Below are positions 36,406 to 49,900 of a stretch of 64,000 nucleotides of DNA, piece by piece (position 1 is the stretch's first letter; each line of letters starts with the position of its first letter). Location of the stretch: positions 15,748,576-15,812,575 of the forward strand of contig OZ316896.1 in NCBI GenBank assembly GCA_973895155.1. Reading direction: 5' to 3'. Under the pieces are notes generated by a model. The model made no database searches, had not been told where the DNA came from, and saw only the letters and a program-made list of their open reading frames with translations. The DNA is from Marsupella aquatica (lineage: Eukaryota > Plantae > Marchantiophyta). Made by a program: the position numbers and the translations under genes.

Positions 36406-37597
36406 TACTCACTCAGTTTTGTCAAGAGTAAATAGTCAATTGAGTATGAAACAGGCAACAGGTGAGCATTGTGTCTGTTCCTTAGAATCAAATGGACACT
36501 TCCTAGTCAGTCATTTGTAATAGATCCCTATCCAAGCCAATCATTGGTCTAGTGACAGTTTGGATCTGTGTTTAACTACCATTTCAGGGATGTCTTCTTC
36601 ATCAATTCACAAAGATTTTACACAGTCATGGTATCATAGCCATAACTCTGAAATCTGCAAATCATACTTTAAGATGTCTTCTACAACAAAGATCACATTC
36701 TCTTAGATATCAATGGACTAGTAAGACTAATATTCATTTAGAGCAAATCCTCAAAGAGAAAGATTGGTGATACGTAGTAGATCTAACAATGTCTCCTCAC
36801 TCAGACATCACACAATGGAGGTGGGCCAATCGGGCTCTGGAGGTGGTGCTCAACAAACACAACCACATTCAAATAAATGATCTGGCAGTTTTGGGAATCC
36901 AAATTCTAGTCTGCAATCTGACCTGCAATCACTACTGGCCCCTAGTCAAATCCCTACTAAACACTTGTCCTTGTCCAAAGCGCGGCTCAAACTCATCTTT
37001 GGCTTGGCCAAAGGCACGGACAGGGTAGAATTTTGGGCATCGGGGGAGAGGGGGAGGGGGCCAAGTACCACTCGTCCAATTTCATGCCCGATAGGTCCAT
37101 GGACAATGGCTTCCTTCTCAGAACAAGTATCAGGCCGAAGGTTGCGGAGCGGCTTGACTTCCAGCGGTACGCACTCCACATGATGGAGACTTGCAGAACT
37201 CGACTACCTTAACACTAAGCTCCGGCATCACTGCCTCCAATGTCGAGCTCCTCTATGGTCCAAGCCTGGAACAACCATCCGGTGAGGACTAAGCATAGAG
37301 AGACTAGTGGACAATGAGGCATTGCATTGGCAAAGGCAAGGCGCAAAGCTGGTGATGCACACTAAGGACTTAGACTAGCTTGGGGCTGGTCGGGTCATGG
37401 AAAGGGGCCAGGCTCAAAGTCGACTATCCGGAGCCCCGGACGGACTTTGAGTTCTAAGGGCTTGAGTGAGAGCTCCTGGCCCAAGGCTAATGGAGTTTAC
37501 TTAATGCGTAATGGGCACTAACTTGGGGCATGAGATACGTCGGCCCGGCCCAGGTGTGGCTGCCCGGGGACCCCAAGCAATGATGGTGTAGTGAATT

Positions 37598-40500
37598 TCT
37601 TTTAATATATAGAAAATTGTTTGTTTTAATATGTTATAGATTATATAAGTAGTTTAGTAGTTAGATTATAAGATTTAGACTTTAGGATTAAAGGGAATTG
37701 AAGCAAGACTGAAGAGAGAAGCGAATTGGCAGACCCTGAACAACTTGGGTTGGGAGGTGCTTTTGATCGTAACATTGTCATCGAAGTGGTCTCAGTTGGA
37801 TTTGGGTGATTCTTAGGATCGATGACTAGAGGAAGGTATTGGAAGAACTTTGGGATGAACATCGATCTATGGGGTGGAGTGGTGCAAAAGGAGTATTGCA
37901 TTTTGAGTTTAGGGCAAGAAAGTTGACGATATAGTGAAGAGAGTGTTGGTGGGGGAAGGGTTACGCAGAGGGTTTACTAGGGCAGAGGATTTGGAAACCC
38001 CAAGGATTGCAGTGGATGCGGAGATTAAGGTGCTTATCCTTGTAAAACTTGTTTATGGTCGAATTAGTCCCGGTGGAGAACCTGGAAGAATGGTGAGGCG
38101 AGGTGAAGAAGACTATGGGGTTAAGAAGATTGCGCACTGGAGTGGGCGCTGACAATCGATGTTAAGGAGCATTGTACATTGGAAAAAAAGGAGGGCGGTG
38201 CATTACAGGGTGGGCCTCGGGTGCTTGGAGAGCCTCATTTGCGGGAAGAACAGGTGGGTGGCAACATAAGGAGAGATTGAAGCTGAAAATAGGGCTCGAG
38301 AATTGCAATTCTGGTTGGAATTGAGGTTGCGTGGTGGTGTTTCCCTCTAGGATCTTGGTGGACTATTTTGTTGAAATTGTCTAGTGGGATCCTGGTGGTG
38401 TACGCCATTGGTGTTTGAAGAAGGGTGGAATTTTAGTCAGGAGAGTTTCTTAGTTGGTGCGGCGGATGGGCATGGCCAACTGGGAGAGGAAGAAGAATTG
38501 ATTGTGGGTGGATACTTGTTTGGTACTGGAGGGAGAAGTGGAACGGTGGCAGAAGGTGGGGAAGCAAACTGAGAGTGGGAAATCGTCTACTCATTCTGGT
38601 AAGATTGTGGATACTTGAAATTTGGAATAGGATTCTTAGTTGGATTGAGCATGTCGTTCCGAGATGAGAGAGGGAGAAGTGCGAGAAGAATTCGTAGTGA
38701 ACTTCCCGACAGAGGTTGGAGCTCACATGGCAAGGAGGGACAAGAGCTGAATGTGGCTTACTCGAGGCCTGGGAGAGGGCTGCTAGTGGACTCGCGAGGG
38801 AACTCGTTGGCTGGGAGCTTGGTGAGGCAAGGATTTTCTTGTCAGGATGCCCATGCTTATGGGGAGCCTGTGGCGAGCGCTTCTACGGAGCTGATTGGGC
38901 CATTGGGCCATATATCTCTTGAGACGGTGGAAATTCCTCTGGACTTGATGAATCCCCTGGATGTGGAGTCGGCACAGTGGGATGAGTGGCAGGAGGCGAG
39001 GCAAAGAAATTTGGAAGCGATGGAAGAATGTGGGCAAGTTGGTTCTTTTCGATCAATTGAGAATTGGGCGGAGCCGGTTGCGGTTTGTTGCCCTCTTCCT
39101 GTTGTGAACGGGGTCTGGTCCCGCCAAGTGGGGGATGATGTGGTGGAGGGGATTGCAAGACCTGGCAGAGGGAATGGGGGAGTGATGAGACATCCTGCCC
39201 TTCAACCGGCCTTGGCCTCTGCTGCGCGGAGTGAACTAGACGTTGGATTGGAGGAAGAGTAGGGAGGAGGTGAGATAGAGAGGATTCCGGAAGGATGTAT
39301 TGACATTCTTAAAGCAATTGCGGAGGGCTCAACAGACAAACGGCCATATAAATTGCATACTACTATGGCCTGGCCGATGGAAGAAGTGGCGCTCTCGGTT
39401 CATGAGTTGTTTCAGTGCTCTATGTTGTGTTACTTTATGGATCGACCACCTCTCCTCCAGTGTTCAAAGAGTGGGTGGAGGCGGAATTGGTTGAGGGGAT
39501 GGGATGGAATGTCATGCAGTCTAAATATGTTGGGAAGAACTTCTTTATGGTCGCCTTTGAGCATCCACAACACCGGGATGAGGCTCTGGAAATGGCGCCT
39601 TGGTTTATGGAGCGGAAATTTATGTTTACTTTCCCTTGGGACCCATCGTTTGATGTTAAGAATGAGTCATACGTGAAGCTGTCTGTTTGGATTGAGATTC
39701 CCTTCCGATCCTTGCTGCTAGACGGTTTTTGCAAGAAGATTGTTGCTTGGTTTGGGAAAGTGTTGTACCACATTCAGGGAGATGAGCAGAGCTCCTACCC
39801 ACATGATCGGGCCTGTATTCTATGGGACACTCGCAGAGAGGTGCCGTGCAGCGTAAGAGTGGAGATTAGAGCAGATATTGCTATATGGCAACCAGTGATT
39901 TTCAAAAACATTCCTTATCATTGTTAATCAAAGAGGACATCTGGTGAGAGATTGCAACACATTTGAAGTTGAGAAGGAGGCTCGGGAGAGTGCAGCTTAG
40001 GTGGCACCCCTATCGAGATGTTTGTTGCACATTGAGCAGGAAAATCAGACGGTGGACCCGACGGTGGAGCAAAGGACTCTGCACACTCAGGGGGTTATTG
40101 AGAGTGTTACTAATGTTGAACCAGTTAAGAGCAGCAACTTCGTGACCCTGGAGAGGGCTGTTAATTCTGGTATTGAGGTGGCGGCCTCGGGTGTTGCTCC
40201 AATGGCGGAAACTACTTTAGCACAAGTGATTGGAAACTCCATGATGAGTGCTGCTCAGGATGTAGGAGGAAATTTATTGAGAATGGAGGGGAGACTGGGA
40301 GAAAAAACTGTTGGTCTGGATTTGGGGACAGAACTGGGACTGGTAAGCAGGGGGAGGAGGAATTAAAGTCGGTGAGTTGGAGGGACGAGGTCTTGCCAGT
40401 TGCTAATATTCTGATCTTCAAAAAGGTGGGGTTGATTGCGGGTGGTTTGGGGAGAGACCCTGATGCGGTGGTGCTTCCCCTTGCTCTCCCTGTGCTTCCT

Positions 40501-41179
40501 GGGATGATTAAGGATTCACAAGGGGTGGTTGAGATTGTTGGAGCTGACCCTGACGGTATGCCATTGGTGGCTTTGAGTGGAGTCAGGGGTGGGATTGAGC
40601 TTTTAATTTCTGTGGTTGAGTCGATTGCAGCTGTGGTGGCTTCCATTGAAGCGGATGCTTTGTCGGTTCAGCTTGAGCTGGGAGCCTCTGAGGGAGATGA
40701 AAGGATGTCATATCATGAGGAATCAGATATTGAACCTTCAGAATATGAAAAGTATATCTCCAAGAGTCAATTGAAAAAGATAGAGCAAGGAAACTGGAAC
40801 GCAGAACCCCTTCGAATGAGAAGAAGAACAAAAGTAAAAAGGAACCAAAGAAACAACGCTCGTTACATTTTGAACCATCACAGACTATTGCAGGGAGAAG
40901 GAGGGGTGATGATGGTTGACCAGGCTTGCGGATCATCATATTCGTATGGGAGTTGCCGCGGGTGGTGCATAGGGCATCAAGTTGCTTACTCAAGGAGTTC
41001 CGTAGAGGTGTGCATTCGAGCACCAAGGGCACTTAGGCTAGGGTGTTGGGATTGGTGAGAGCGTTGGGTGGCAAGGTCCACCACTCCTCGACATTGTTTT
41101 ATCACTTGACATTTTATTATAACCTTGACATCATTTTATCACTCGACATCTTTCATGCAACGCACGGGCATTGGGCTAG
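37598..41179 (+). mobile_element. Non-autonomous Helitron carrying a LINE ORF1 fragment
   Basis: 5' end TCTTTTAATATATAG.. (shared with 971-1056). 3' end TTCATGCAACGCACGGGCATTGGG-CTAG|T, a decayed CCCGTGC-AAC-GCACGGG hairpin followed by CTAG and T. No Rep/helicase coding seen. Confidence 0.75.
38615..41058 (+). pseudogene. Degenerate L1-type LINE ORF1 (DUF4283 plus zinc-knuckle remnant)
   Basis: YVGKNFFMVAFEHPQHRDEALEMAPWFMERKFMFTFPWDPSFD...VWIEIP...FGKVL...DRACILWD...VIFKNIPYHC, then GHLVRDC in a shifted frame. Interrupted by stops and frameshifts; no RT domain. Confidence 0.75.
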
Positions 41180-41940
41180 TAGCCCATAAATATGATTAGA
41201 GGGGCTATGATTGAGACTATATTGACATTCACATATGTTTATTATGGTGTCAATGATTTAATCTATGATTATTAGTCTAATTCTAGCATGATTTTGCTTT
41301 TGGCATTAGTAGCCATAGGCCTAGTACCTTTTTATGTGTTTTAGCTTTTTTTATTAGGAATCCACATCCATAAAAAATTCTAGGTGTGTTTTATGTCCAT
41401 ATCAAAAGGACAAATAATGATTTAAGTATTTTTATTATACTTATGTAGTCATTTTACTATTTTTCTTTAGTCTGTTGATTTCAGTAGCATCTCTCACAAT
41501 ATCATGAACAATCATGGTTTTGCCTCCCAAAATGCATCAAAGAAGATGGACCCTTGTGGCATCACAAGGCTTCCCACATGTGCATGAAGTGGGTAAACCT
41601 ACAAAAAGAGGATGGGGTAGCCCCAAACAAAGACATTCATAGATGAGGGATGGTCGGATTGGCCTGAAGCTACCCTCTTGCACCTTTTCCCTTTGGAAGA
41701 AAGAATCCAAGCTCTGTCTGTTTCAGGTGCCTCGATGAGGATGCTAGAAAGGATGAAAGTGTGCATACGCCCAACAAGGTCAGCCTTATGACGGAATGGT
41801 CCAAGGATAAAAAATCCTTAAAATAAGGTAGCATGGTGCGTACAAAATCCCGTAGTTAGGACTGTGCATCTTGCAAATGAATCTAAAATACGAGGGAACC
41901 CTTCTCAACCTCCATAAGAGATGACTTTTGATCTATCAAT

Positions 41941-42076
41941 TTTGACTCTATTGGGAGTTACCGTCTAGAGGCTTCACCCTAGACCATCTTAGTATAAAAG
42001 CGCAAACTACAACTTACTCTTAAGGGCCTAGGTATAGAGTGAAGGCTCTAGACCGTAACTCCCAATAGAGACAAAA
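41941..42076. mobile_element. MITE/foldback-like element with ~45-bp inverted arms
   Basis: CTCTATTGGGAGTTACCGTCTAGAGGCTTCACCCTAGACC versus the reverse complement of GGTATAGAGTGAAGGCTCTAGACCGTAACTCCCAATAGAG (4 mismatches in 40). Confidence 0.75.
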
Positions 42077-42270
42077 CTTAAAACGAGTATGGACAAAAAT
42101 AACGTTGACTCTAAATTAAGACACAAATGAAACATATAGTAGAAATTTTATTGTATAAAATTAGTTTTCTTCCTATCTATTTACATTAGAGGAATGGGTA
42201 ATTAGGCTAGTAGACCTTAGAAGTAGCTTCCCTTAGCAAATTATTAGGGCGTCTCAAAGCTTGGCGTTAA

Positions 42271-42338
42271 CAAGATAAGGCCCTCCCATAACTTAAATAT
42301 TTTTAAAACTCTAGTAAAAGTTATGGGAGCTAATCTTG
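42271..42338. repeat. Short inverted repeat
   Basis: CAAGATAAG..CTCCCATAACTT ... AAGTTATGGGAG.CTAATCTTG. Confidence 0.55.
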
Positions 42339-42889
42339 AGCTACCTTAAGTTAAGCCCACAGGCTTAACACTTAACCTGTAACTTTTCCACAACTTTTGG
42401 CGTGAATTCGGAAATCTATGACTCCAGAACTTTGAAAAGTTGCGACTGAAGGCACATGGGATTGCTCCTGGCATGGTGATGATCGCTGTTGCATTTGAGG
42501 CGGCGACGGCTAATCAAGAATGGAAAATATATGCTATGAGACAGGTGAGACTATAACTCCTGCCTTAGAGCATCTCCAACGGAGCCTCCAAAGGGCCCTG
42601 CAAACGCCAAATAATTGAATAGCGGTCTCTGATAGCAAAAATCCTTCTCCAACAGTGGTGCCATCCGCAAATGTTTTACGGATGCCACCACATTCTATGC
42701 CTTCTTGCCGCTACTTGTGTGTGGAAAGGCGGTCGCCATTTGGAACCCCTCCGCCAGCCCGCAAACGAATCAACGATAGTAGTGGCTTCACGCGGCACGC
42801 GATGTGAAGGTGTGACTACTGGCGCCAGAATATGAACTATTTCCCGCGGCCTGCTACGAGCATACAACTATCAATGAATTATTTAAGCA

Positions 42890-43560
42890 GAACCATCCCA
42901 AAGGGAAATCTTTTGCTTTCGATTCTTGCTTTTGGATTCTGAAAGACTGCCCACAGTGGGGAAATCCAGCAGACGACATGGCTAAAGGAAAGGGAAAGAA
43001 GTTAACAACATCTAGGAGTGACACAATTGAGAATGAGTACTCAAGCTCCTCTCGAATTGTCACTGACAATGGTGACAATGAGAGTTTTGATAAAGAGCAG
43101 GATGAAGCGGTAGAAGATCGACAGTGTGACATGAGGAAGAGGCCTCAAGGAAACAAGAGAGCCAAGGAGGATCACAAGCGGATGAAGATAGAACAAGAAG
43201 CTATGAAGGTTAGTGGAAATGCCCAGAAGGAGATGGCAGCTGCGAATCAAGATAGGGTGCTCACTTTGCAGAATAATTCCCTCATGAAACTACTGACGTT
43301 GCCTACCGACAACATGGAGCCAGAGTTGCGTGACTTTGTTAGACAATGGAAGCTAGAAGAGGCAAGGAAGTTGAAAGCTAGGATGCAAAAGTCAACGAGT
43401 GCTCCAGTCGTTGTTCAGACTCCATTTCCGGTTTTTTTTTAGAGCACGGTTGACCCAAATCACAGCACCGGTGTAGCAGATGAGCATGTATATTTTGAGA
43501 ATGAAATTAAGGGTTCTCCACCTGCATTTTCATTCCAGGATTTATTGGCTAGCCAGTTGT
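42890..43560 (+). pseudogene. Harbinger accessory (Myb/SANT-like, NAM-associated) ORF, 5'-truncated
   Basis: GKSFAFDSCFWILKDCPQW (F.F..CW.ILKD.PKW motif), RPQGNKRAK and a coiled-coil tail. Confidence 0.8.
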
Positions 43561-44790
43561 AGTGATGTAGCCCTTGTAGCCGTGAATGGCTTCATTGCTG
43601 TATACGTGCAATGTTGATGAATTAAAAAAATGGCTTCTTTGAACTATTGATTGCAAGCTGAACACGAAGTCAATTTTTTTCAACCGTGATTGTCAAGCTG
43701 TCCATAGTCAATTGTTGTCTTCAAATCCCAGAACAACATTGCAAACACATGGAATTCCAAAACCTCTCATTTAATTAAAACTGTCACCTTTTACAAAATT
43801 GCTGCCCATAGTCCTATTCCTGATGGGCATTCCTGATTGCAAAATCCCTAATAAAGTTGGAAATGAATGCAAAATCCTACATCTTCCTGAAGCCCTGAGA
43901 CGGGCATTCCCGATTCCAACCCGCCTTCCTAAAGTTCTCACGAGCATTCCCGATTCCAACCCTATTCAGGAATTAAAAATTTCAGAGCTATGCACTCTAA
44001 AGTCGTAAATGCCTGCCCACGACCCTAAATTGAGAGCTTCTCATCAATTAATAGACAATTTAAGATCGAGCCCTAGGTTGACGCTTTGGACTAGGGGGGC
44101 ACTGTGTGTACACGACATAGCAGTCTCCACTCCCAGAGCCCTTGTTGGAGCTCTCAGCATCTTCCAAATTAACATCTGAATCCTCCATGCTTGCCAACAG
44201 ACGTGCCTCCTCTGAATTTTTTGGCTGAAACTCCATGAGCTCCATTGACAATGCTACTCGATCATTAATCTTTGACTCTCTTCGTACCTTCCCTAGTCCT
44301 TCGGTGGCTTTCACAGGGACCTCTTTCAACTTCTCCATGTTGGCTTGAGTGGAGGGGCCAGGTTGATGGAAGCCGCTTGTAGCTGTGCTTCCAACCAAAG
44401 ACTTGGTGTTCCCACTTCCATCGGATCTCCTCATGTGCAGGTTTAGGGTCTGACAAAATTGAGCTATGCACTTTGAGACTACACAGAGCTCAACAATGTG
44501 TGAGTGAGAATTGGTAAACAAACGAGTCTCAAATTTTTTCTGCCCCACTTACTCTACAATGTGTGAATGAGAAACTCGGGAGGCGAGGACAGCCTCCTGC
44601 TACGTACTTGCTTGGACTTGGATTCCCCTCGTACCAAACAAATTGCCTCGGTAGTACCTCCCAAGTGTGTTGTACCTGTCAATGCATGTGTGGAAACGAG
44701 TCAAAGCAAGTGTGACTAATAACTCGTACTTCCACCAGGTTTCATTCAGAAACAAATGCAGGATTCAAAGAGAAAAGGCTCACCAGACTA

Positions 44791-46089
44791 TCAATCACCA
44801 GATCCCTTTTGACTCCAAATGTGGTCAACAATGTCATTTCTCAGACAGAAATGGTTGGCCTTGTTGTTGACTTTAGCTGTTGCAGCAAGGAACTCCAACC
44901 ATGGCAAATTTCCCCTGTTCACTCTTGCAGCACAAACCCTCAAATATGGAGGGAAATTATCATCTCTTTCATCTTCAATAATCATATTGTGTAGGATGAC
45001 ACATGCAAGTAGAATATTCACAATATTTTTTTCATACAAGACCTTGCAGGCCTCTTCACTATCTCAAATCTAGCTTGGAGTACCCCAAAAGCCCTCTCTA
45101 CATCCTTCCTTGCTGCCTCTTGGCATGTTGCAAAGTGCTTCAGTTATTCTGATTGTGGCATGTGCACAGTGGATATAAACATAGACCACTCTGGATAGAT
45201 TCCATCCACCAAAAGATAAGCACGATTGTACTCTGTACCATTGACATGAAACTAACATTGGCCAAATCATTGCGTAACCATTCATTTGGAAGTGGGGAGC
45301 GATCAAGGACATTCAGATCATTATTTCCCCCAGCCAGCCCAAAAAAGGCATGCCAAATCCACAATTCCTGATCTGCAATAGCTTCCAATATGATGGACTT
45401 ATTCTTGTCCTTGTCAGTGTATTGGCCCTGCCAAGCAATAGGACAATTCTTCCATGCCCAATGCATGCAATCCAATGAACCAAACATACCTGGGAACCTC
45501 GCTTTGCATTAATCTGAAGCTGATGTCTGAAATCAGCAGCTGTTGGCTTCCTCAAGTACTGACCCTCATACAACTCTCTGATGACTTTCACAAATTGATA
45601 TAGAGACTCCAATGTAGTGCTTTCAGCAATTCTACAATACTCATCCAAAGCATCTGCGCCAATTCCATAAGCCAATTGCCTCAATGCTGCTGTCAACTTC
45701 TGATGTGGAGACAAGCCTACCTTCCTTGCAGCATCAACCATTAGACAAAAATAAGTGTCATGAGCATACACATCACGAAGAATTTTGTTAAACAACCTGC
45801 TACTCATTCTGAATCTCCTCATGAATTTCAGTTCATCATAGGTTGGTGTATCAGAAAAGTAATCATTCCATAGGTCTTCTGCCCCTTTTTCTCTACGCCT
45901 CTCCACATTCTGACTCCTACCTGGTCTAGACCCTCCGTGCTTTCTTTTCCTTGGGTGTTGGGCCAAATTTTGAATGGAAAGGGGTCCAGTGAACATCATC
46001 AACTCCCTAAAGCGTTGTTCCTCATCCCAATGAGCCTCCTCCTCATCCAATTCTTCCTCGAGATCTGCCAGCCACCTTTCGAGCTCCAT
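44791..46089 (-). pseudogene. Harbinger DDE transposase with frameshifts and a stop
   Basis: FMRRFRMSSRLF, LSPHQKLTAALRQLAYG, RG/FPGMFGSLDCMHWAWKNCP, ILEAIADQELWIWHAFFG, NNDLNVLDRSPL, LVDGIYPEW, RKDVERAFGVLQARF and ACVILHNMIIEDER, spread over shifting frames. Confidence 0.95.
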
Positions 46090-46938
46090 TATGAACAGAT
46101 GAAGTACAGGCCTGGTTTGTCGAAGGGACTGATTTTCTCTCGATCAAAACAGGGTGAAACTGGCGGCCATATGAAAGCGAATGCACGAAGGCAAGCAAAC
46201 AGCACAAAACCCACAAAATAAATCAATCCGCAGAATCAACATGCCCACGTTTCTATGTGTGCAGGCGGGCGTCGAGGTCTGCAAGAACCAAAGGAGAGGG
46301 ATTGCAAATGCAAGCAGGACCAACGTGCGCTCTATTGGCTTTGTGTGAGGAGACCAGGTGGGCCCCACTTTGTATGGGATGGGGTCAGAATGGCGAGTCA
46401 CCGGTGGGGACTCCGGAAATGATGGCGACTCTCCATTTTTGGTAGGGGTCATTTGGTCCGCTATATGATGGCTATAGGGGCCTGAAATCTCCAAACAGTT
46501 GGAGATGCTCTTATGGGGCGGGACAATGCCATTTCCCTCCATTTTTAAAATTCTATAACTAAACCAAATATATAGGATCACAAATCACTAACTTTCACTA
46601 ATGACCCAATTTGAAACACCCTATTTGTATGATAGGATAACCGATGGTGATTAGATTCGGTTAGGCGGAGAAGGCTTGTACTACGACTCTAGGCTTTTTA
46701 TGGCGCGGTGGTGGGGAACTTCGAATTCTCTCGTCGGTCGTGAGTTTCGTTCATGTTTTTGATTACTTCGCTCTACTGTATTCCCCAAAACCTCTGTTGC
46801 GAGAACTGTGAAGCAAATTCTGTTCTTCAATGCCACCGAATGAATTTTGTAGACGGGCAAATCTTGGAGCTGTCGGTCGGGCCGATGGTACCCTAGTCGA
46901 TCTTGATTGCCACTACTTCAACAAAGACAACAGTAACA

Positions 46939-49900
46939 ATGGTGAAGGGGAGGAAGGAAAATGACGAGGGCGGCGGGGGGCCTTCGTCGGAGGAGCAGGA
47001 GGCCATTCGTGAGAGCAAACGATTACGAGAGTTGGCGGAGTCTCGTGGATTGCTTTCTAGATCCAAGGCGAATCCGGTCGCATCGTTGCTGCCAACCAAA
47101 AGTAGAGCCTCTCCCCTGCCTCCTCACTTCCCTCCAAAGACTTTTCGATTGCCCTGCCATCGGTTTTCTTTTCGTCTGTTTGTCGATCGATTTCTGTTCG
47201 CTGTGTATTTCATCTCACTGAGGAAAGCTGTCAGGAAAATTGAGACGAAGTTGTGTGGTAGGGAAGTTGGGGAGTGCTTCCCGCCGTCGTTTCTTTTCGA
47301 CTGAGCTTGGGAATTTTTTTCTGCAGCCATTCGCAAGTGTGATGGAAAGGATATTGTCAAGAAAGGAAATCGGAAGACAAAGTATCTGTTTGCATTTCCT
47401 GGCCTGGTGGCACCCGTCGCTGGCGGAAAACTAGGAGAGTTGACGCATTTGGACTCTAGAAACCCAGTCTTTTACATCGACTTTCCTCAAGTAAGTCATT
47501 TGAGTACGTTCAAACTTTTTTCCGTTTAACCTTAGGACATTCAAACTTGACATCCTTTCCGAAAGGTCTGAAGGTCTTCTCGAAAGAGATGACCATGTTA
47601 AGCTTGAAAAATCCTTCCACACATGCAAAGAACCATGTGATTGCTCGAAATTGGGAAGTATTTAATGCTCTGGTCAATGGCAGGGCCGCTTGAAATTGTT
47701 TGGGACGATCGTCTATCCTAAAAATAAATACTTAACAATGCATTTTGCGCCGGGAAGAGGTGACATCGTTTGCGAAGAGTGTTTCGAAAGCATTGTGAGT
47801 TTCGACAAACCCACGATACTTCTACTACATATTTTTAGTTCAAGGTTTCCCCGGAATTTTCTTCTATCGAACCCTATCGTATTTATCTTCACGGAAAAAT
47901 TCGGTTGATCTAGTGATTTCGTGGACAAATTTCATGTGAGCTCCGACGTGTGATCACTTCCAGCTACTGCTCTTGATAGATGTTTGTCTGGAATAGCCCT
48001 TGGAAATCCTCAGAGCTCAGCAATTACTCCAATACTATGCAACTTCGTGAACAGGGATGGACAGAGCCATTGGGGTCATAAATACTCATTAGTCGATTAA
48101 CTTTTGTGTTGCGCAAGTCGTAGGTGGTCTTTCCGGATGCGTGGTGGATTGGAACAAAGGAGGAAAATCCGGAAGAGTTGAAACTTCCAATGCCTTCAAG
48201 TCTCCAACAGGTATCTCCCAGTGCATTCGGAAGTCGTTGCTCTGAATTTCGGGCGATACTGTTCCTCATGACTTTCTTGACCTCTCTTCTCAGTTGAGGG
48301 TTGGTTTTTCTAAAAGAGCCATACATCAAAGTTATACTCAACAGCATCTGAGAAAACTCCCTTTCTCATAGCAGCCCAAAAGTAATAATTGTATTACCAA
48401 AAGTTGATTGAATATAAGTAATACAGTGTTTTTTTTGCATATTAGTAATACCGTGTTTTTCCTGCATGATCGGCTTCTTGTTTGTAGGAGAAACACACGG
48501 AATTCGATTTCAAGGGTGGTGCTGGACGACCTCCAAGCCCGAATGTTACTCCCGGAGTAAATCTGGTTGCCACAGTGAAGAATGACTCACAGTCGCCGGA
48601 GCAGCAGTTTCCGGTGGAGAGATCACAAGAATCTCCATCGTCCATGGAGATTGTTGCAGACAAAGACCTACCTGTACGGCGTTCTTCACGTAAATCTTCG
48701 GAGAAGCTCAAGTAAGCTTTCAGCTGAATTAATCATAAATACCATTTGGCTGTTCCTGCCTGAAAGATTGAGAGACTTTTACCCATGGAATTCTTGTCAC
48801 CTAAACAAGAAGAACTGATCGAGCTGAAATATTTGATCATCCCGATGGGTTTAAAGACTAATGCAGAACCTGCGTACGCTGCAGTTATGCAGATATGCCA
48901 TCATCGTCCAGTCATAGCAAGGGAAGTAGTGATTCCCAGAGTGATCATTCGGACTTCAGAAGGAAAGGAACACGTGACAGACATACAAACAAAGATACGA
49001 TGCAATCTACATCCAGTCTTCAACTCAGAGGTAAGGGACAATGCATAATGAACATATTCGTGTGGATTCTCATGTCCACATGCGCCTTCAATGTGGCATC
49101 TAGCATTCCTAAGAAAGCATAGACCCTCTGAGCTGTAACTGACGCAAAACTGACCCCTTCTGGCTGTAATTTAGGTGCAACCATGGGCGATAAGGAACAC
49201 GACACTACTGCTGAGCCAGCAATGCGGAAAACATCCCAGAACAAGCTCGAGACTCTACGTGAATACATCACGAAGGATGCACACAAAGGCGGTCTGAAGC
49301 AGGCTACTCTCACGTCATTTTTGAACAAAACAGAAAAGCCTCAGGTATAAGTTGCATGCTTGGAAACTGCACTAGTCAATGTCGAGTTGTCTTCATAGAG
49401 AGGAGGTAGTAAATATTGTTCCTTCCGCACTGGAAGGGTCCTGACATATGGTGGTTAGAACCATAAATGTAGTTAAAACATAGGCTTTGATGGGGTTCAG
49501 TTTCTCTAGTGAATGCGGAATATCAAGTTTGAGTTGAAATCGAAAAGCCTTCTTCTTTATTGCGGTTGCCATCTTATCTGTCCAGTATCTGCAGGCTCCA
49601 AGTGTAGAGGTAATAGAGATTGAAGATTCACCACTAAAAGTACAATCAGGTTGGTCGTTGTCGCTCTCTCCCCTTCTTCCACATTCAAGTGAAAAGAGAC
49701 TTTTGCCGGGTTCATAGTGGCAGTCGTTTTCACTAAAGTTTTGCCACATATTCAGACGTCCAGATGTTCACATTCAAGTGTTCCAATTAGCTCAGTTGAA
49801 GGCGTCTGAATGAAGTATTTGTGTGCAGGAGGCAATCTAAGAAATTCGGAAGGTCCTCGAAGGGCTGCCAGGAAAACATTTCTTGAAGTAAGTCATTTCA

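Larger units (their letters stand above)
42568..46510. mobile_element. PIF/Harbinger DNA transposon, 3943 bp, intact borders but defective genes
   Basis: TTA|GAGCATCTCCAAC ... GTTGGAGATGCTC|TTA: perfect 13-bp TIR and 3-bp TTA TSD. Contains convergent Myb/SANT-like and DDE transposase ORFs. Confidence 0.96.

Noticed and set aside
40930-41058. Possible start of LINE ORF2 endonuclease (SYGSCRG vs SWNCRG)
   Set aside because: The match is too short and degenerate to support.
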